Shown: positions 1 through 10,470, numbered from the stretch's first letter. The stretch: DNA of 64,000 nt from an uncultured Verrucomicrobiae bacterium (GCA_963726745.1 CAVSDR010000003.1:96001-160000), one strand, 5' to 3'. The notes: generated by a model not told the origin, from the sequence alone. Translations and numbers: made by a program.

Positions 1-1122
1 TTCGCCGCCGCCAGCTGACATCCCGCGATAAGACAAAGTCTCTGAGTTGGGCACGAGCGCGCCCGAAGGATCGCGGGTGTAGCCGATCGCAAGATTCTCC
101 GATGGCTCGGTGATCGGCGTGCTGCCACTGGCCGTCATTCCGGCCGGTCGAAAGACATGCTCGGCGATGTAGTCGTGATAATTCTCGCCCGAGATTTTCT
201 CGATGATGAGGCCAAGGACGATGAAGCCGGCATTACTGTAGGACCATTGCGCGCCCGGTTCGAAGGCGAGCGGTTGATCGACGAAAAGCGGGAGGTAATC
301 CCGCAGCTCCCGAAGCCTTTCCCGGGTCTCGAAAAACTTCGGGCCAAAGAAATCGCCCAGCCCGGAAGTGTGCGTGAGCAATTGCTCGATCGTGATCTTC
401 TGCGCGATTTCGCGGTTCGGATAATCGGGCAGCACGCTCGCCAAAGTGTCGGCAAAACCGAGCTTGCCGGCCTCGACCAGCTGCGCGATCGCGACCGCGG
501 TAAACATCTTGTTGATCGAGCCGATGCGGAAACGCGTCTCCAGATTCACCGGGATTTTTCGCGCGCGATCCTGCAGGCCAAACGCCTTTTGCCAAAGCGG
601 CTCGCCCTCCTTCGCGATCAGGGCCACGCCGGAAAACTCGTCCTTTTTAGCCAGCGCCTCGAGCTTCGCCGCCACCTCCTGGCCGAGCTGCGCGACGGGC
701 TTCCGCTCTGCGCGCGCACCCGCCGGGGCGCTCGCGGGCCCGGCCCGGCGCTGCGCGAGTTTCCCCGCCTCGTCGGCCACGAAGGTGAAGCGCGCGTAGC
801 TCGGGAAAGTCCCCCGCGTTTTCAGCAGGACGGTCAGCTCGCGCGGAGTCGATTGCTCGACCTCGATCAACTCCCAGCCGCCGTTCGAACGGCGGTCGCC
901 CAGTTGCCCCGTTGCAATTTCCTCTGGCGAACGACCGCGGCGCGCCTCCGGGCTGTAGCGCGTCTCGGCAAACTGGCGCAACGCGGCGAGGTCGGCGGCG
1001 TTGAAAGCCGCCAGCCAATCGTGGCAGAGCCGGCCCGGCGCGGTCGCCGGCAACGTCACCTTGCCCGAGCCCAGGATCGCGTTCGCGAGCAGGAGGAGCA
1101 GGACGACGGTCAGGCGTTTCAT
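1..1122 (-). CDS. Serine hydrolase, beta-lactamase class C/AmpC-like family, with signal peptide; 3' end runs off the window
   Basis: Manual translation from ATG at 1122: MKRLTVVLLLLLANAIL..., FRIGSINKMFT (SxxK), LLTHTSGLG, WSYSNAGF (YxN). Missing from the ORF track because no stop lies in the window. Confidence 0.88.
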   Translation of the reverse strand, partial: MKRLTVVLLLLLANAILGSGKVTLPATAPGRLCHDWLAAFNAADLAALRQFAETRYSPEARRGRSPEEIATGQLGDRRSNGGWELIEVEQSTPRELTVLLKTRGTFPSYARFTFVADEAGKLAQRRAGPASAPAGARAERKPVAQLGQEVAAKLEALAKKDEFSGVALIAKEGEPLWQKAFGLQDRARKIPVNLETRFRIGSINKMFTAVAIAQLVEAGKLGFADTLASVLPDYPNREIAQKITIEQLLTHTSGLGDFFGPKFFETRERLRELRDYLPLFVDQPLAFEPGAQWSYSNAGFIVLGLIIEKISGENYHDYIAEHVFRPAGMTASGSTPITEPSENLAIGYTRDPSGALVPNSETLSYRGMSAGGGE

Positions 1123-1157
1123 CGGCGCGACATCTTGCCGGCTATTTCTTCGTCTCG

Positions 1158-1898
1158 TTAGGCCGCCATGCTGTGGTCTTCCACCACCCGGCCATCGAAG
1201 ACGTGCACCGTGCGATCGGCGTGCTGCGCGAAACGCGCGTCGTGCGTGACCATGCAAATGGTCGCGCCGTTGCTGTGCAATTCCTTGAGCAAATCCATGA
1301 CCGCCTCGCCGTTGCGCGAGTCGAGGTTTCCGGTCGGTTCATCCGCCAGAAGGATGGCGGGCTTGCCGGCGAGCGCACGGGCCACGGCCACGCGTTGCTG
1401 CTGGCCGCCGGAAAGCTGGCTCGGGAGATGTTTCGCGCGATGCCCCATGCCAACGCGCTCGAGCGCTTCCTGCACGTGCGTTTTGCGTTCGCTCGCCCCC
1501 ATCCCGCGATAGGTCAGCGGCAGCTCCACGTTCTCGTAGACCGTCAGGTCGCCGATGAGGTTGAAGCTTTGGAAGATGAAACCGATCTCGCGGTTCCGGA
1601 TGCGTGCGCGTTCCGGGAACGAGAGGTTCGCCACCTCCGTGCCCTTGAGCGTGTAGCTCCCGCCGCTGGGCGTATCGAGCAGGCCGAGAATCGAGAGCAG
1701 GGTGGATTTCCCGCAGCCCGAGGGTCCGGCGATGGAGACGTATTCGCCTTCGCGGATGTCGAGATGGATGCCGGAAAGCGCATGCGTCTCGACCTCGTCG
1801 GTCAGGAAGACTTTGGTTACGTCTTCGAGTTTGATCAGGGTGCCGTTGGCGCCGTTTTTGCGCTTCGGTGGTTCGATGGTGGTTTCAGTGTTGGTCAT
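1158..1898 (-). CDS. ABC transporter ATP-binding protein (LolD/MacB-type)
   Basis: Walker A GPSGCGKS, LSGGQQQRVA signature, ILLADEPTGNLD, MVTHD. Confidence 0.95.
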   Translation of the reverse strand: MTNTETTIEPPKRKNGANGTLIKLEDVTKVFLTDEVETHALSGIHLDIREGEYVSIAGPSGCGKSTLLSILGLLDTPSGGSYTLKGTEVANLSFPERARIRNREIGFIFQSFNLIGDLTVYENVELPLTYRGMGASERKTHVQEALERVGMGHRAKHLPSQLSGGQQQRVAVARALAGKPAILLADEPTGNLDSRNGEAVMDLLKELHSNGATICMVTHDARFAQHADRTVHVFDGRVVEDHSMAA

Positions 1899-1919
1899 GG
1901 GGTTGGGTTCGTTAGGCAG

Positions 1920-3248
1920 CTAGTTCAGCCGGATGCGGTCGTGCGCGTCCATCGCGCTGGTGTCGGAAAGGATGACCTGGTCGCCAGGTTCGAGACCGTT
2001 CAGGATCTCGATCGTGTTCACCGAGCTGCGGCCGAGCTTTACGGGAGTGCGCACCGCCTCGGAAGTGCCGGGGACCAGCTTGAAAATGCCGACGCTGCTG
2101 CCTTCCTGCCCGAAGGCCGGCCGCCCGACATAAACGGCGTTTTCCAAGCGCTCCAGCTCGACCGTGCCGTCAACGCTCAGGTCCGGGCGCGCGCCTCGTG
2201 GGAGATCGCCATCGATCGCGACGTCTACCTTGACCGTGCCCTGCTCGACGGCCGGATCGACCCGCACGACGTGGCCGGCGACGACGCCGTTGCGGGTATC
2301 GATCGAGGCCGGAAGGTTGATCTGGATATCCTTCGCCTGGGTCTCGGCGATCTTGATCTCGGCTTTGAGTTTCGTCGGGTCGGCGACGCGCGCGAGATTG
2401 GTCCCGGGCGTAACGCGCTGGCCGATTTCCACCGGCAATTGCTGGAGGACGCCGGCAAAACCGGCGCGCACCTTGAGCTGCTCGAGTTGTTGCTGGCGCA
2501 AAAGAGCCAGCGCTTTCACCTGGTCGACCGCCGCCTGTTTGGCGGCGAGTTGCGGCTCGATATTTTGGCGGGCAAAATCGAGGCGCTTCTGCTCGATCTG
2601 GTCGCGGGCGGCGAGGTCGTCGGCCTTGATCTTGGAAGTCTTATGAACGAGCGCCGCGACCAGGCCGTTCTTTGCCAGGGTGTCGTTCGTCTCGTTCTCC
2701 ATTTTCGCCTGCTGAAACTCGGAGTGCACCCGCGCGGCGTTCGATTCCTGCTCCAGGAGTTCGCGCTGCAAGCTGGCCTTCAAAGTGGTCAGCTCGGCTT
2801 CCGCGGCTTTGAATTGTAACTCGGCATCGCGCGCGGTGTTCTCGACTTCGGCGCTGGTCAGCTCGAGCAGGACGGTGTCCGGCTGGACGTGCGCGCCTGG
2901 CCGGACAAGGATTTTCTCCACGCGCCCTTCGGTCACGGCCGCGATCCAGCGAATCTCTTCCGGCACCAGCGTGCCCAGGCCCCGCACCTGGCGGATCATC
3001 GACCCGCGCTTGACCGTATCGACCCAGACGGTCGAGCGATCGATGCTCGGCACGGCTGGCTTCAAACGCGAAAGCCCAAAGGTCATCGCGACCACGGCGA
3101 GCACGATGCCGCCGATCAGAAGAATGCGGCGTTGCCGTTTCTTCCGGGCCACGCCCGCGCGCGGGACATCCATGGCCGAGGTGGGCTGGGTAAAACCGCT
3201 CGGGCGCACGATGGTGGATTCTTCTTTCGGCTGGAGATTCGGTTGCAT
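1920..3248 (-). CDS. Periplasmic adaptor/membrane fusion protein (HlyD/MacA family)
   Basis: Basic N-terminus plus TM segment, VKRGSMIRQVRGLGTLVPE, coiled coil, VRAGFAGVL, C-terminal GLEPGDQVILSD. Start at 3248 or 3173; the longer track ORF runs into the upstream gene. Confidence 0.9.
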   Translation of the reverse strand: MQPNLQPKEESTIVRPSGFTQPTSAMDVPRAGVARKKRQRRILLIGGIVLAVVAMTFGLSRLKPAVPSIDRSTVWVDTVKRGSMIRQVRGLGTLVPEEIRWIAAVTEGRVEKILVRPGAHVQPDTVLLELTSAEVENTARDAELQFKAAEAELTTLKASLQRELLEQESNAARVHSEFQQAKMENETNDTLAKNGLVAALVHKTSKIKADDLAARDQIEQKRLDFARQNIEPQLAAKQAAVDQVKALALLRQQQLEQLKVRAGFAGVLQQLPVEIGQRVTPGTNLARVADPTKLKAEIKIAETQAKDIQINLPASIDTRNGVVAGHVVRVDPAVEQGTVKVDVAIDGDLPRGARPDLSVDGTVELERLENAVYVGRPAFGQEGSSVGIFKLVPGTSEAVRTPVKLGRSSVNTIEILNGLEPGDQVILSDTSAMDAHDRIRLN

Positions 3249-3268
3249 CACGGGGAGGGCAACTGCGC

Positions 3269-3545
3269 TCAGAGCACCCAGTGCATCAATCCGCTGATCC
3301 CCTCCACCACGGGCACGGCTGCGGTCACGAAGATGAGCGCAAAGAAGACCGCCTCCGCGACGAAATGCCGGTGCGCTTCCTCTGCGAAATAGGCGTCGGT
3401 AATTCCGCGCAGGGAAACACTTCGCGGAGCGCCACCACCGCCACTGGAAAACTTGGGAAAGCGCTCCGCTTGGAAGGAATAATCCGTGGCCGGGAAGATG
3501 CGCTCCGCCGCGGCGAAGGCAAGTGCTGGGAGAAGTTGGTTTCAT
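3269..3545 (-). CDS. Small hypothetical membrane protein (~91 aa) with an apparent 1-nt frameshift near 3490
   Basis: MKPTSPST... joined to ATDYSFQAERF...DAYFAEEAHRHFVAEAVFFALIFVTAAVPVVEGISGLMHWVL*. The span is 277 nt (3n+1). It lies directly behind promoter motifs. Confidence 0.55.
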
Positions 3546-3563
3546 TCGGGGATGCAAGGTTGA

Positions 3564-3591
3564 GATGCCGCGCGGCCGGGTTTTGGATTCA
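3564..3591 (-). promoter_or_regulatory. TGAATCC-N16-GCATC bipartite promoter-like motif, copy 1
   Basis: Minus strand TGAATCC AAAACCCGGCCGCGCG GCATC, 18 nt before the ATG at 3545. The same motif recurs at 25596 and 53020. Confidence 0.6.
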
Positions 3592-3618
3592 GATTTCCGC
3601 GCGAGTCGCGTCCCCTAT

Positions 3619-3634
3619 TGCAATGCCCGTGCCA
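3619..3634 (-). promoter_or_regulatory. Sigma-54 (-24/-12) promoter
   Basis: Minus strand TGGCAC-GGGCA-TTGCA matches the TGGCAC-N5-TTGCW consensus. It is next to a sigma-54 activator gene. Confidence 0.8.
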
Positions 3635-3732
3635 GCAGCCGTTGCGAAGTCGCAAAGCTCTAGCTGTTAGTTGTTTAGCATCCCTCAGCTTTAGCCGGCA
3701 CTTTCACCATCCGGCCGCTTGTGGGATTTCGT

Positions 3733-3750
3733 CGTCCCGGCCGTGGGACG
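3733..3750. promoter_or_regulatory. Candidate enhancer (UAS) inverted repeat for the NtrC-family activator
   Basis: CGTCCC-GGCCGT-GGGACG, about 100 bp upstream of the sigma-54 promoter. Confidence 0.45.
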
Positions 3751-3762
3751 CCGAATGGCCGC

Positions 3763-5092
3763 CTATTTCGGCAAGCGCAAGACTGCCGCGGCGCCGCGTC
3801 CACCCGCGCGATTGGCCAGCGAAAGCGAGCCGCCATGCGCCTCCGCAATCTGCCGGCTAAGCGTGAGGCCGATGCCGGAGCCGCCGGGTTTGGTGGTGAA
3901 GAAGGGCACGAACAAATTCGCCGGGTTCAGGATTCCCTGCCCTTCATCCTGCACGGAAATCTCCACGCAATCCGAGACCTCGCGCCAGCTCACAGCGACG
4001 CCACCGCTCGGTTTCAAGGGAAGCGTCGACCGCGTTATGCAGCAGATTGATGAGCAATTGTTCGAGCTGCGCGGCATCCGCGCGGACGCGCAAGTCCGGC
4101 CCGCCGGCAACACGCACTTCCAGCCGGGTCTCGAGGCTGCTCACGCGCCGCACGAGTTCGCCGAGATCGAACGGCTCCTTCTGCGGCTGCGGCAACCGCG
4201 CCAGCCGCGCGTATGCCTGCATGAAACGGCTGAGCGACTCCGCGCGTGTGGCGATCACATTTAAGCCGCTGCGCGCGTCATCCTGCCAATCCGCCGGCGG
4301 CGGATCGCGCCGCAGGAGCGTCTCGAGGCTGCCGGCGATCGACTTGATCGGGGCTAACGAGTTGTTCAATTCATGACCGAGGACGCGGACGATTCGCTGC
4401 CAGGCGTTGCGCTCCTCTTCCCGCAGCGTCTTGCTCAAATCCGTGAGCACGACCAGCTCGTGCGGCAAGCCGCGTTCGCGAAACTCGCTCCGGCGAACGC
4501 CCCAGCGGCCGCTCCCGCCAGGAAAAGCCAGGGTGAGTGGCGTGTCCTGGTCCGCCTCGAGCACGACCTCCAGGCCGAGGTCGCGTGCGCGCCGGCCTAA
4601 CAACTTATCCATCGGTTGGCGCAGGAGGTTTTCGCCCGCGCGATTGACCAGGCGCAACCGGCGGTCGGTATCGAAGGTGAACACGGAGACATCGATCTCG
4701 GCCATGATCGTGCGCAAGAGCGCGGTCGCCTCAAACGCGCCCAGGCGCTGCATGCGCAAGGTCTCGCCGAGGGCGTTGATCTCGAGCAGCACTTCGCCCA
4801 AAGCGTCGTCTGTTTTCGCGCCGCGCGCGCGAATCGAGTAATCGCCCTCGCGCAGGGCGGCGAGCAGATTGGTCATCGTCTGAAGCGGGCGGACCAGATG
4901 TTCACGCGCGCTTGCGAGAAATCCGAAAGCGCAGCCAGCGATCAAGAGCGTGAGCGTCCATTGGACCTTGGGCGTGTAGTCGCCCAGCCAAAGGAGCAGA
5001 AGCGCCACGATCGCTGCCGGCGCCGCCGCCCAAATCACCAGCCAGGTGATGCGTGCTTCGTGGGTCAGCCGCGACTTCGCGCGCGCTTTCAT
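3763..5092 (-). CDS. Sensor histidine kinase (TM-HAMP-PAS-HisKA-HATPase), frameshift near 4010
   Basis: H-box LGHELNNSL and N-box LINLLHNA in ORF 3944..5092; G-boxes VQDEGQGI and FFTTKPGGSGIGL in ORF 3763..4113. Confidence 0.9.
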
Positions 5093-5122
5093 TCGAGATT
5101 CGACGGGCGAAACTCAGACGCG

Positions 5123-6469
5123 CTAGAGCCCATAATGCTGCAGGCGCCGGTAGAAAGCGCTCCGGCTCAGGCCGAGCGCTTCGGCGGCTTTGCGGGCATT
5201 CCCGTCGAAGCGCTGGAGCGCCTTCTTGATCAGGAAACCCTCGACCTCTTCGAGGCTCATCTCCTCAAGGCGCGCACCGTCGCCCGGACCACTCGTTAGG
5301 CCAAGATCGTTCGCTTTGAGCAACTGCCCCTGACTCATGAGCACCGCGCGCTCGATCACGTGGTCGAGCTCCCGCACATTCCCCGGCCACTGGTGGCGCA
5401 GGAGCTGTTCGCGCGCGTTTTCCTCGAAGCCGGTGAGCGCCTTGCGATAGCGCAACGCATGCGCGGCGAGAAAGGAATTAGCCAGCGGCATGATGTCCTC
5501 GCGGCGCTCGCGCAACGGCGGGAGCGCAATCTCAATTGTGTTCAAGCGGAAGAGCAAATCCTGGCGAAAACGCCCGGCCGCGACTTCATCATGCAGGTTG
5601 GCGTTGGTCGCGGAAACGATCCGCACGTTCGCATGCAAGGTCTTCGAGGAGCCGACGCGCTCGAACTCGCCGGTTTCGATCATGCGGAGCAATTTTGCCT
5701 GCTGATTCATCGGGATGTTTGCGATCTCATCCATGAAGAGCGTGCTCTCGTCGGCCAGTTCGAAACGGCCGGCGCGATCCGTCTTCGCGTCGGTGAAGGC
5801 CCCTTTCACATGTCCGAAGAGTTCGCTTTCAAAAACCCCTTCCGAGAGGCCGCCCATGTTCACCGTGATCATGCTGTGCGCCGCGCGGCCGGAAAGCGCA
5901 TGGAGCGCTCGCGCGACCAAACCTTTGCCGGTGCCGTTCTCGCCGGTGATGAGAACGTTCGCGTCCGACGGCGCAACGCGCGAGATCAACTCCAGGACCG
6001 GACGCATCCGCGGCGACTCGGCGATAATCTTGGGCGCGTTCCCGCGCAGGAGTTGGTTTGCGGCCTCCAGCCGACGGCCTTTGCGCAAGGCCGCGGAAAG
6101 CTCGAGTTGCGTGCGCACGATCGCGAGCAGCCGCTCGTTATCCCACGGCTTCGGGATGAAATCGCGCGCGCCGCGTTTCATTGCCTCGACCGCGAGATCG
6201 ATCGTGGCCCATGCGGTCATGACCACGATCGGCAGTGTGTTGTCGATCGCCTGAATCTTCGGGATGACCTCCAGCCCTTCCTGCCCGGAGGTGGTGTCGC
6301 GTGTGTAATTCAGATCCATCAGGAGCAGCGCATAATCGCGCTTCTCCAGCGCCTGCATCACGCCTGCGAGCGACGTCACCGCGTCGGTCTGGTGCCCCTC
6401 GCCTTTCAGCAGAATGCGGAGCGCCTCAAGCACATCCGTCTGGTCATCGGCGATCAGGATTCGGCTCAT
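5123..6469 (-). CDS. Sigma-54-dependent response regulator (NtrC family, REC-AAA-Fis HTH)
   Basis: ILIADD, GENGTGKG, ESELFGHVKGAFTDA, WPGNVREL, C-terminal HTH. Confidence 0.95.
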   Translation of the reverse strand: MSRILIADDQTDVLEALRILLKGEGHQTDAVTSLAGVMQALEKRDYALLLMDLNYTRDTTSGQEGLEVIPKIQAIDNTLPIVVMTAWATIDLAVEAMKRGARDFIPKPWDNERLLAIVRTQLELSAALRKGRRLEAANQLLRGNAPKIIAESPRMRPVLELISRVAPSDANVLITGENGTGKGLVARALHALSGRAAHSMITVNMGGLSEGVFESELFGHVKGAFTDAKTDRAGRFELADESTLFMDEIANIPMNQQAKLLRMIETGEFERVGSSKTLHANVRIVSATNANLHDEVAAGRFRQDLLFRLNTIEIALPPLRERREDIMPLANSFLAAHALRYRKALTGFEENAREQLLRHQWPGNVRELDHVIERAVLMSQGQLLKANDLGLTSGPGDGARLEEMSLEEVEGFLIKKALQRFDGNARKAAEALGLSRSAFYRRLQHYGL

Positions 6470-6686
6470 CGCCTAACTCTCAACCGCGTTTCCGCGACAG
6501 TGTCAATCGTCACCCGCGCGCCCGTGGCCACCCGTTAGGCGGATTCAGCCGCGACCGTTGCCGCGATGCCGGGCACGCGGGAACCGCTCAGATTTTTCGA
6601 AGCGCGAGCGCAAATTTGTCGAGGCCGAGACTCTGGCCAGACGGAAGTTGAGCGTCGATCGATTGCCGGAGCGTACGTCGACGGCT

Positions 6687-7855
6687 TCAGTCGTAGCACT
6701 CGAGATACTTGATGCCGGACCCGGTGTTGAAGATCACGACCTGCTCCTGCGGTTTGATGCGCCCAGCGCTAAGCAGCATCTTCAGCGCAGCAAAGCAGGC
6801 AGCGCCTTCCGGGGCCACGAAAAGCCCTTCGGCTGCACCGACAGCGCGCGTCATTCGGATCATCTCGGCGTCGTCCACCGCGACGCGCCGCCGCCGGACT
6901 CGCGCAGGATTCGCAGCATCAGGAAATCGCCCACCGCCTTCGGCACCCGCAGACCGGAGGCAACGGTGTGCGCGTCGGGAAATTCGGTTGCAAATTCCTC
7001 GCCGTGCTCAAAAGCGCGCACAATCGGCGCGCAGCCGCTCGCCTGGACGGAAAACATCCGCGGACGCTTCGATCCGATCCAGCCTAACGACTCCATCTCG
7101 TCGAACGCTTTCCACATGCCGATCAAGCCGGTCCCGCCGCCGGTCGGGTAAAGCACCACATCGGGCAGCTCCCAGCCGAGCTGTTCCGCGAGTTCGTAGC
7201 CGAGCGTTTTCTTCCCTTCGACGCGATACGGCTCCTTCAGCGTCGACAGGTCGAACCAACCTTCAGCAGCCTTCCGCCGCGCAATCTCGGCGCCGCAATC
7301 GGTGATCAGGCCGTCAATCAAAGTGACGTGAGCCCCGGTTTCGCGGCACTCGATGATGTTGGCGCGGGGGGTATCGCGCGGCATGAAGATGTGCGCCTCG
7401 AGACCGGCCCGAGCGGCATAGGCAGCAAGCGCGCCACCCGCATTGCCTGCACTGGGGACGGCGAGCTTTTTTGCTCCTAAAAATTTTGCCATCGAGATGG
7501 CGGTGGTCATCCCGCGAGCTTTAAAGCTCTGCGTGGGATTAAGGGACTCATCTTTGATGCGAAGATCAGCCAGACCGAGCTGCGCACCGAAGCGTCGCGC
7601 CTGGAGCAACGGTGTGCCTCCTTCACCAAGCGTGACCGGTTCCTGGTCTAGCGGCAAAGGCAGCACTTCGCGGAAACGCCAGAGTGAGCTCCCGCGGGTG
7701 GCCAGTGCGGCCCGAGTGAGCGTTTTCCCCGCCGCCGCCAGATCGTAGCGCGGGAAGAGCGGCTTCTGGCATAACGGGCAAAGATTCTGCAACGCCTGCC
7801 AATCGCAGGTGTGGTGACAGGCGGTGCACTCAAGATGCGTCAGAAAGGTTTTCAT
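6687..7855 (-). CDS. thrC: Threonine synthase (PLP, fold type II), frameshift near 6880
   Basis: N-terminal Cys pairs, [35 protein letters not shown]-terminal [12 protein letters not shown] in another frame. Confidence 0.85.
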
Positions 7856-8145
7856 GGATTTGCTCCGGCAGGCGATGGTCGGGACGTGTTTGCGACGGGG
7901 GAACTTCCCATGCCTGGCCCGCTTCGGCAGAGCGAAAATTGCCGAGAGAAGGAAAATTGCCGGCCGCACAACCTCCGCGCTGCGCATCTGCGAATCTCAA
8001 TTTCAGTCAAAGGTGCGGGACAGCGCGCTGCTCGGACTTTTGGTTTGACCTGGAAACGAAAGATTAACAAAAGAGGTCTGAATTTGACTTGCCATCCTCC
8101 GGCCTCTCCATAAGCATTTAACAAACGCGGATACGTTTACCCCCC

Positions 8146-8391
8146 ATGAAAAAGCTTCTCAGCACCCCCGCTCGGAAGAAATCTGCAGGCTTCATCGCCT
8201 TCGGTGCTCTTGCCACAGCCTTTTGGTTTACCAGCACTCCGGCTAGTCTCGCGCAGGACGCGGATTGCACGCTCTGCCATAAACGGACGCAGACAATTAC
8301 GACGGTCTGCGGCAGCTTGGACAATCGGCGCCATCTCGACCACGGCGATACGATGGGCCCGTGCGCCGTTACGCCAGTGACGAACCAGTAA
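8146..8391 (+). CDS. Small secreted Cys/His-rich protein, copy 1 (CxxCH...HxxHGDxxGxC)
   Basis: Signal-peptide-like N-terminus ending SLA-Q; core ADCTLCHKRTQTITTVCGSLDNRRHLDHGDTMGPC is conserved in the paralog at 12340. Confidence 0.85.
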   Translation: MKKLLSTPARKKSAGFIAFGALATAFWFTSTPASLAQDADCTLCHKRTQTITTVCGSLDNRRHLDHGDTMGPCAVTPVTNQ

Positions 8392-8440
8392 AGCAATCGC
8401 CAGGGCCTTCCAAGCCCAATGGCGGGCTCGGGCAACGCCT

Positions 8441-10240
8441 GTGCAGATGACGATTGCCCCCAAGCGCGCGGCCCAGCTCGTCTCGGCGACTCTGCTTGTC
8501 GCCGGCGTCGTCGTGCTCCAGACGCTGATCGGTGGGCGCGGTCTCTTGTTTTCGCTACCGGGCTTTGTCCTGATCGGTTTGGCCGCATTGGTCGCGGTAG
8601 TGGCAGCCAACCGTTCCCGGATTCTTTCGAATCCGGCGGCACTGAGCGTGTCGGCTATTTTCTTCGGCTACATCCTGGCGCGGGCGCTGGCTTCGCCGGC
8701 CTACTTCGCGCGGCCGGACTTGTTTTCCGTTGTCGCCGCGCTGGTGGTTTACGGTTTGGTCGCGACGGTTCTGACATCCTCCTCGGTGCGCGCGCTTATT
8801 TTCGCGGCGCTGATTCTTTTTGCCGTCGCGCATGTGCTCGTCGGCATCATGCAATTCACCCGCGCGGATAACTTCATGCCCATTCCCTTTCTTCAGCGGG
8901 TGGATTATGGCCAGCGCGCGAGCGGTCTCTACATCTGCCCAAATCACCTCGCAGGGTTGTTGGAAGTCCTCGGGATCTTCGGCCTTAGCCTCACCTGTTG
9001 GAGCCGATGGCGCGTCTGGCAAAAGCTGGTCGTCGCCTACGCCACTGGTGCCTGCTACGTGGGTCTGGCACTCACTGGCAGCCGCGGAGGTTATTTGAGC
9101 GCGGTTACCAGCCTGGTCGTTTTTGGGATCCTTAGCCTGGTTGTTATTCGCGCGGCCAGGCCGGGTGACTGGAAACGCTTTGCCGTCATTGGATTGCTCG
9201 CGCTCACTCTGCTGGTCACAGCGGCAGGTCTCCTGATCGGACGGAATTGGTTCCTAGGCGAACGCGCGGGGAGACTCACCACCCCAGACCAGGTGCGACC
9301 CGACCTTTGGCATGCCGCTGTGCAACAGTGGAAGCTGGCCCCGGTATTCGGCACCGGAAGCGGCACATACCGGTTCTACGGTCGGGAGTTTCGCACGGAA
9401 AGGATGCAGAACGACCCGATCGACGTGCACAACGATTACCTTCATCTCCTGTGCGAGTATGGCCTTATCGGGGGCGCCGGCTTCTTGCTCTTTTTCGCTC
9501 TCCATACGCGGCACGCTTGGCGAAGCTTGCGCTGGATGGCGGAGCGCAGCCCGCCTGCCTTTGGAGCGATGTCGAGCAACCGTCTCGGTCTGCTGCTTGG
9601 AGCGCTCGCCGCCACCGCCGCGTATGTGGTCCACTCCGCGGTCGATTTTAACCTTCACATTCCCGCCAACGCGATCCTCATGGCCTTGGTTTTCGGCATT
9701 CTCGCGAACCCCGGGATCGCTGCCGAGAAAAGCGAGCCGCGGGCGTTTTCTCTGATGGTCCCCAGGTGGGCCATCGGCGTGTTGGCTGTGGCCCTCATCG
9801 CTCAGAGCCTTCGCTTTTACCGGGGCGAATACTACACGGAGACGGCGCGGGCGGCATTACGAGATGAGAATCCGCAGGAGGCTTTCCAGCTCACAGAAAA
9901 AGCGCGGATCTATGAGCAGCGGAATCCGGAACTTTTCTTCTATCAAGGCCGCGCTGCGCTGGCCCTCGCGCACGCGGCCAAAAGCGAGAGTGAAAAGAAA
10001 GAACGCTACCAGCAGGCGGTCGCAGCTTTCCAAATGGCGCGACACCTTGCTCCACTGGATGGAACTTATGCTCTCAACTTGGCTTACACGTTCGACGAGA
10101 TGGGCTTGTTCCCGCAGGCGGAACAAATGTTCACTGAAGCTCGGGAGAGAGACCCGCGCTCGATGGCGGTCGCGGAACTCTACCGCGCCCACCAACGCCA
10201 GCAGGCTGCCAGCGAATCGGATGCCGGCTCGGCCTTGTGA
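8441..10240 (+). CDS. O-antigen ligase/O-oligosaccharyltransferase family (Wzy_C) membrane protein with C-terminal TPR-like helices, copy 1
   Basis: Many TM helices; CPNHLAG, TGSRGG, FGTGSGTY, DVHNDYLHLLCEYG, VHSAVDFNLH. Start may be the ATG at 8447. Confidence 0.88.
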   Translation: MQMTIAPKRAAQLVSATLLVAGVVVLQTLIGGRGLLFSLPGFVLIGLAALVAVVAANRSRILSNPAALSVSAIFFGYILARALASPAYFARPDLFSVVAALVVYGLVATVLTSSSVRALIFAALILFAVAHVLVGIMQFTRADNFMPIPFLQRVDYGQRASGLYICPNHLAGLLEVLGIFGLSLTCWSRWRVWQKLVVAYATGACYVGLALTGSRGGYLSAVTSLVVFGILSLVVIRAARPGDWKRFAVIGLLALTLLVTAAGLLIGRNWFLGERAGRLTTPDQVRPDLWHAAVQQWKLAPVFGTGSGTYRFYGREFRTERMQNDPIDVHNDYLHLLCEYGLIGGAGFLLFFALHTRHAWRSLRWMAERSPPAFGAMSSNRLGLLLGALAATAAYVVHSAVDFNLHIPANAILMALVFGILANPGIAAEKSEPRAFSLMVPRWAIGVLAVALIAQSLRFYRGEYYTETARAALRDENPQEAFQLTEKARIYEQRNPELFFYQGRAALALAHAAKSESEKKERYQQAVAAFQMARHLAPLDGTYALNLAYTFDEMGLFPQAEQMFTEARERDPRSMAVAELYRAHQRQQAASESDAGSAL

Positions 10241-10470
10241 GTTTCTGATAACGCCGCAATCTCTGTTAAGAATATCCTCGCTGCCAGAACGAGCATCTCG
10301 TCGGAAACCTTTACAATAATCGCGCTGGCGCAAGCTTTCCGGAAAGTATTTCTTTATGCTAAACATTTAGCTTCGAGGCACTTACGCTTATCATAGCTTT
10401 TATGGCATCTTGCGTGCTATCACTTCCAAACTGTTCATATAACCTCAGCTCCACCCTCACCCCACTTCGC

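Noticed and set aside
157..2819. Long + strand ORFs (157..1161, 1173..2819) and many similar antisense ORFs across the window
   Set aside because: They are shadows of well-supported opposite-strand genes in high-GC DNA and carry no recognisable motifs.
6520..6547. A fourth TGAATCC upstream of the NtrC gene (minus strand)
   Set aside because: There is no GCATC at the 16-nt spacing.
6860..6900. Programmed ribosomal frameshifting in thrC or pyk
   Set aside because: No slippery heptamer or stimulatory structure is evident, and indels are scattered across many unrelated genes.
8146..8391. Calling the CxxCH peptides c-type cytochromes
   Set aside because: The mature part is only about 45 aa, has two extra conserved Cys and no cytochrome context. 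Kept only as an alternative hypothesis.
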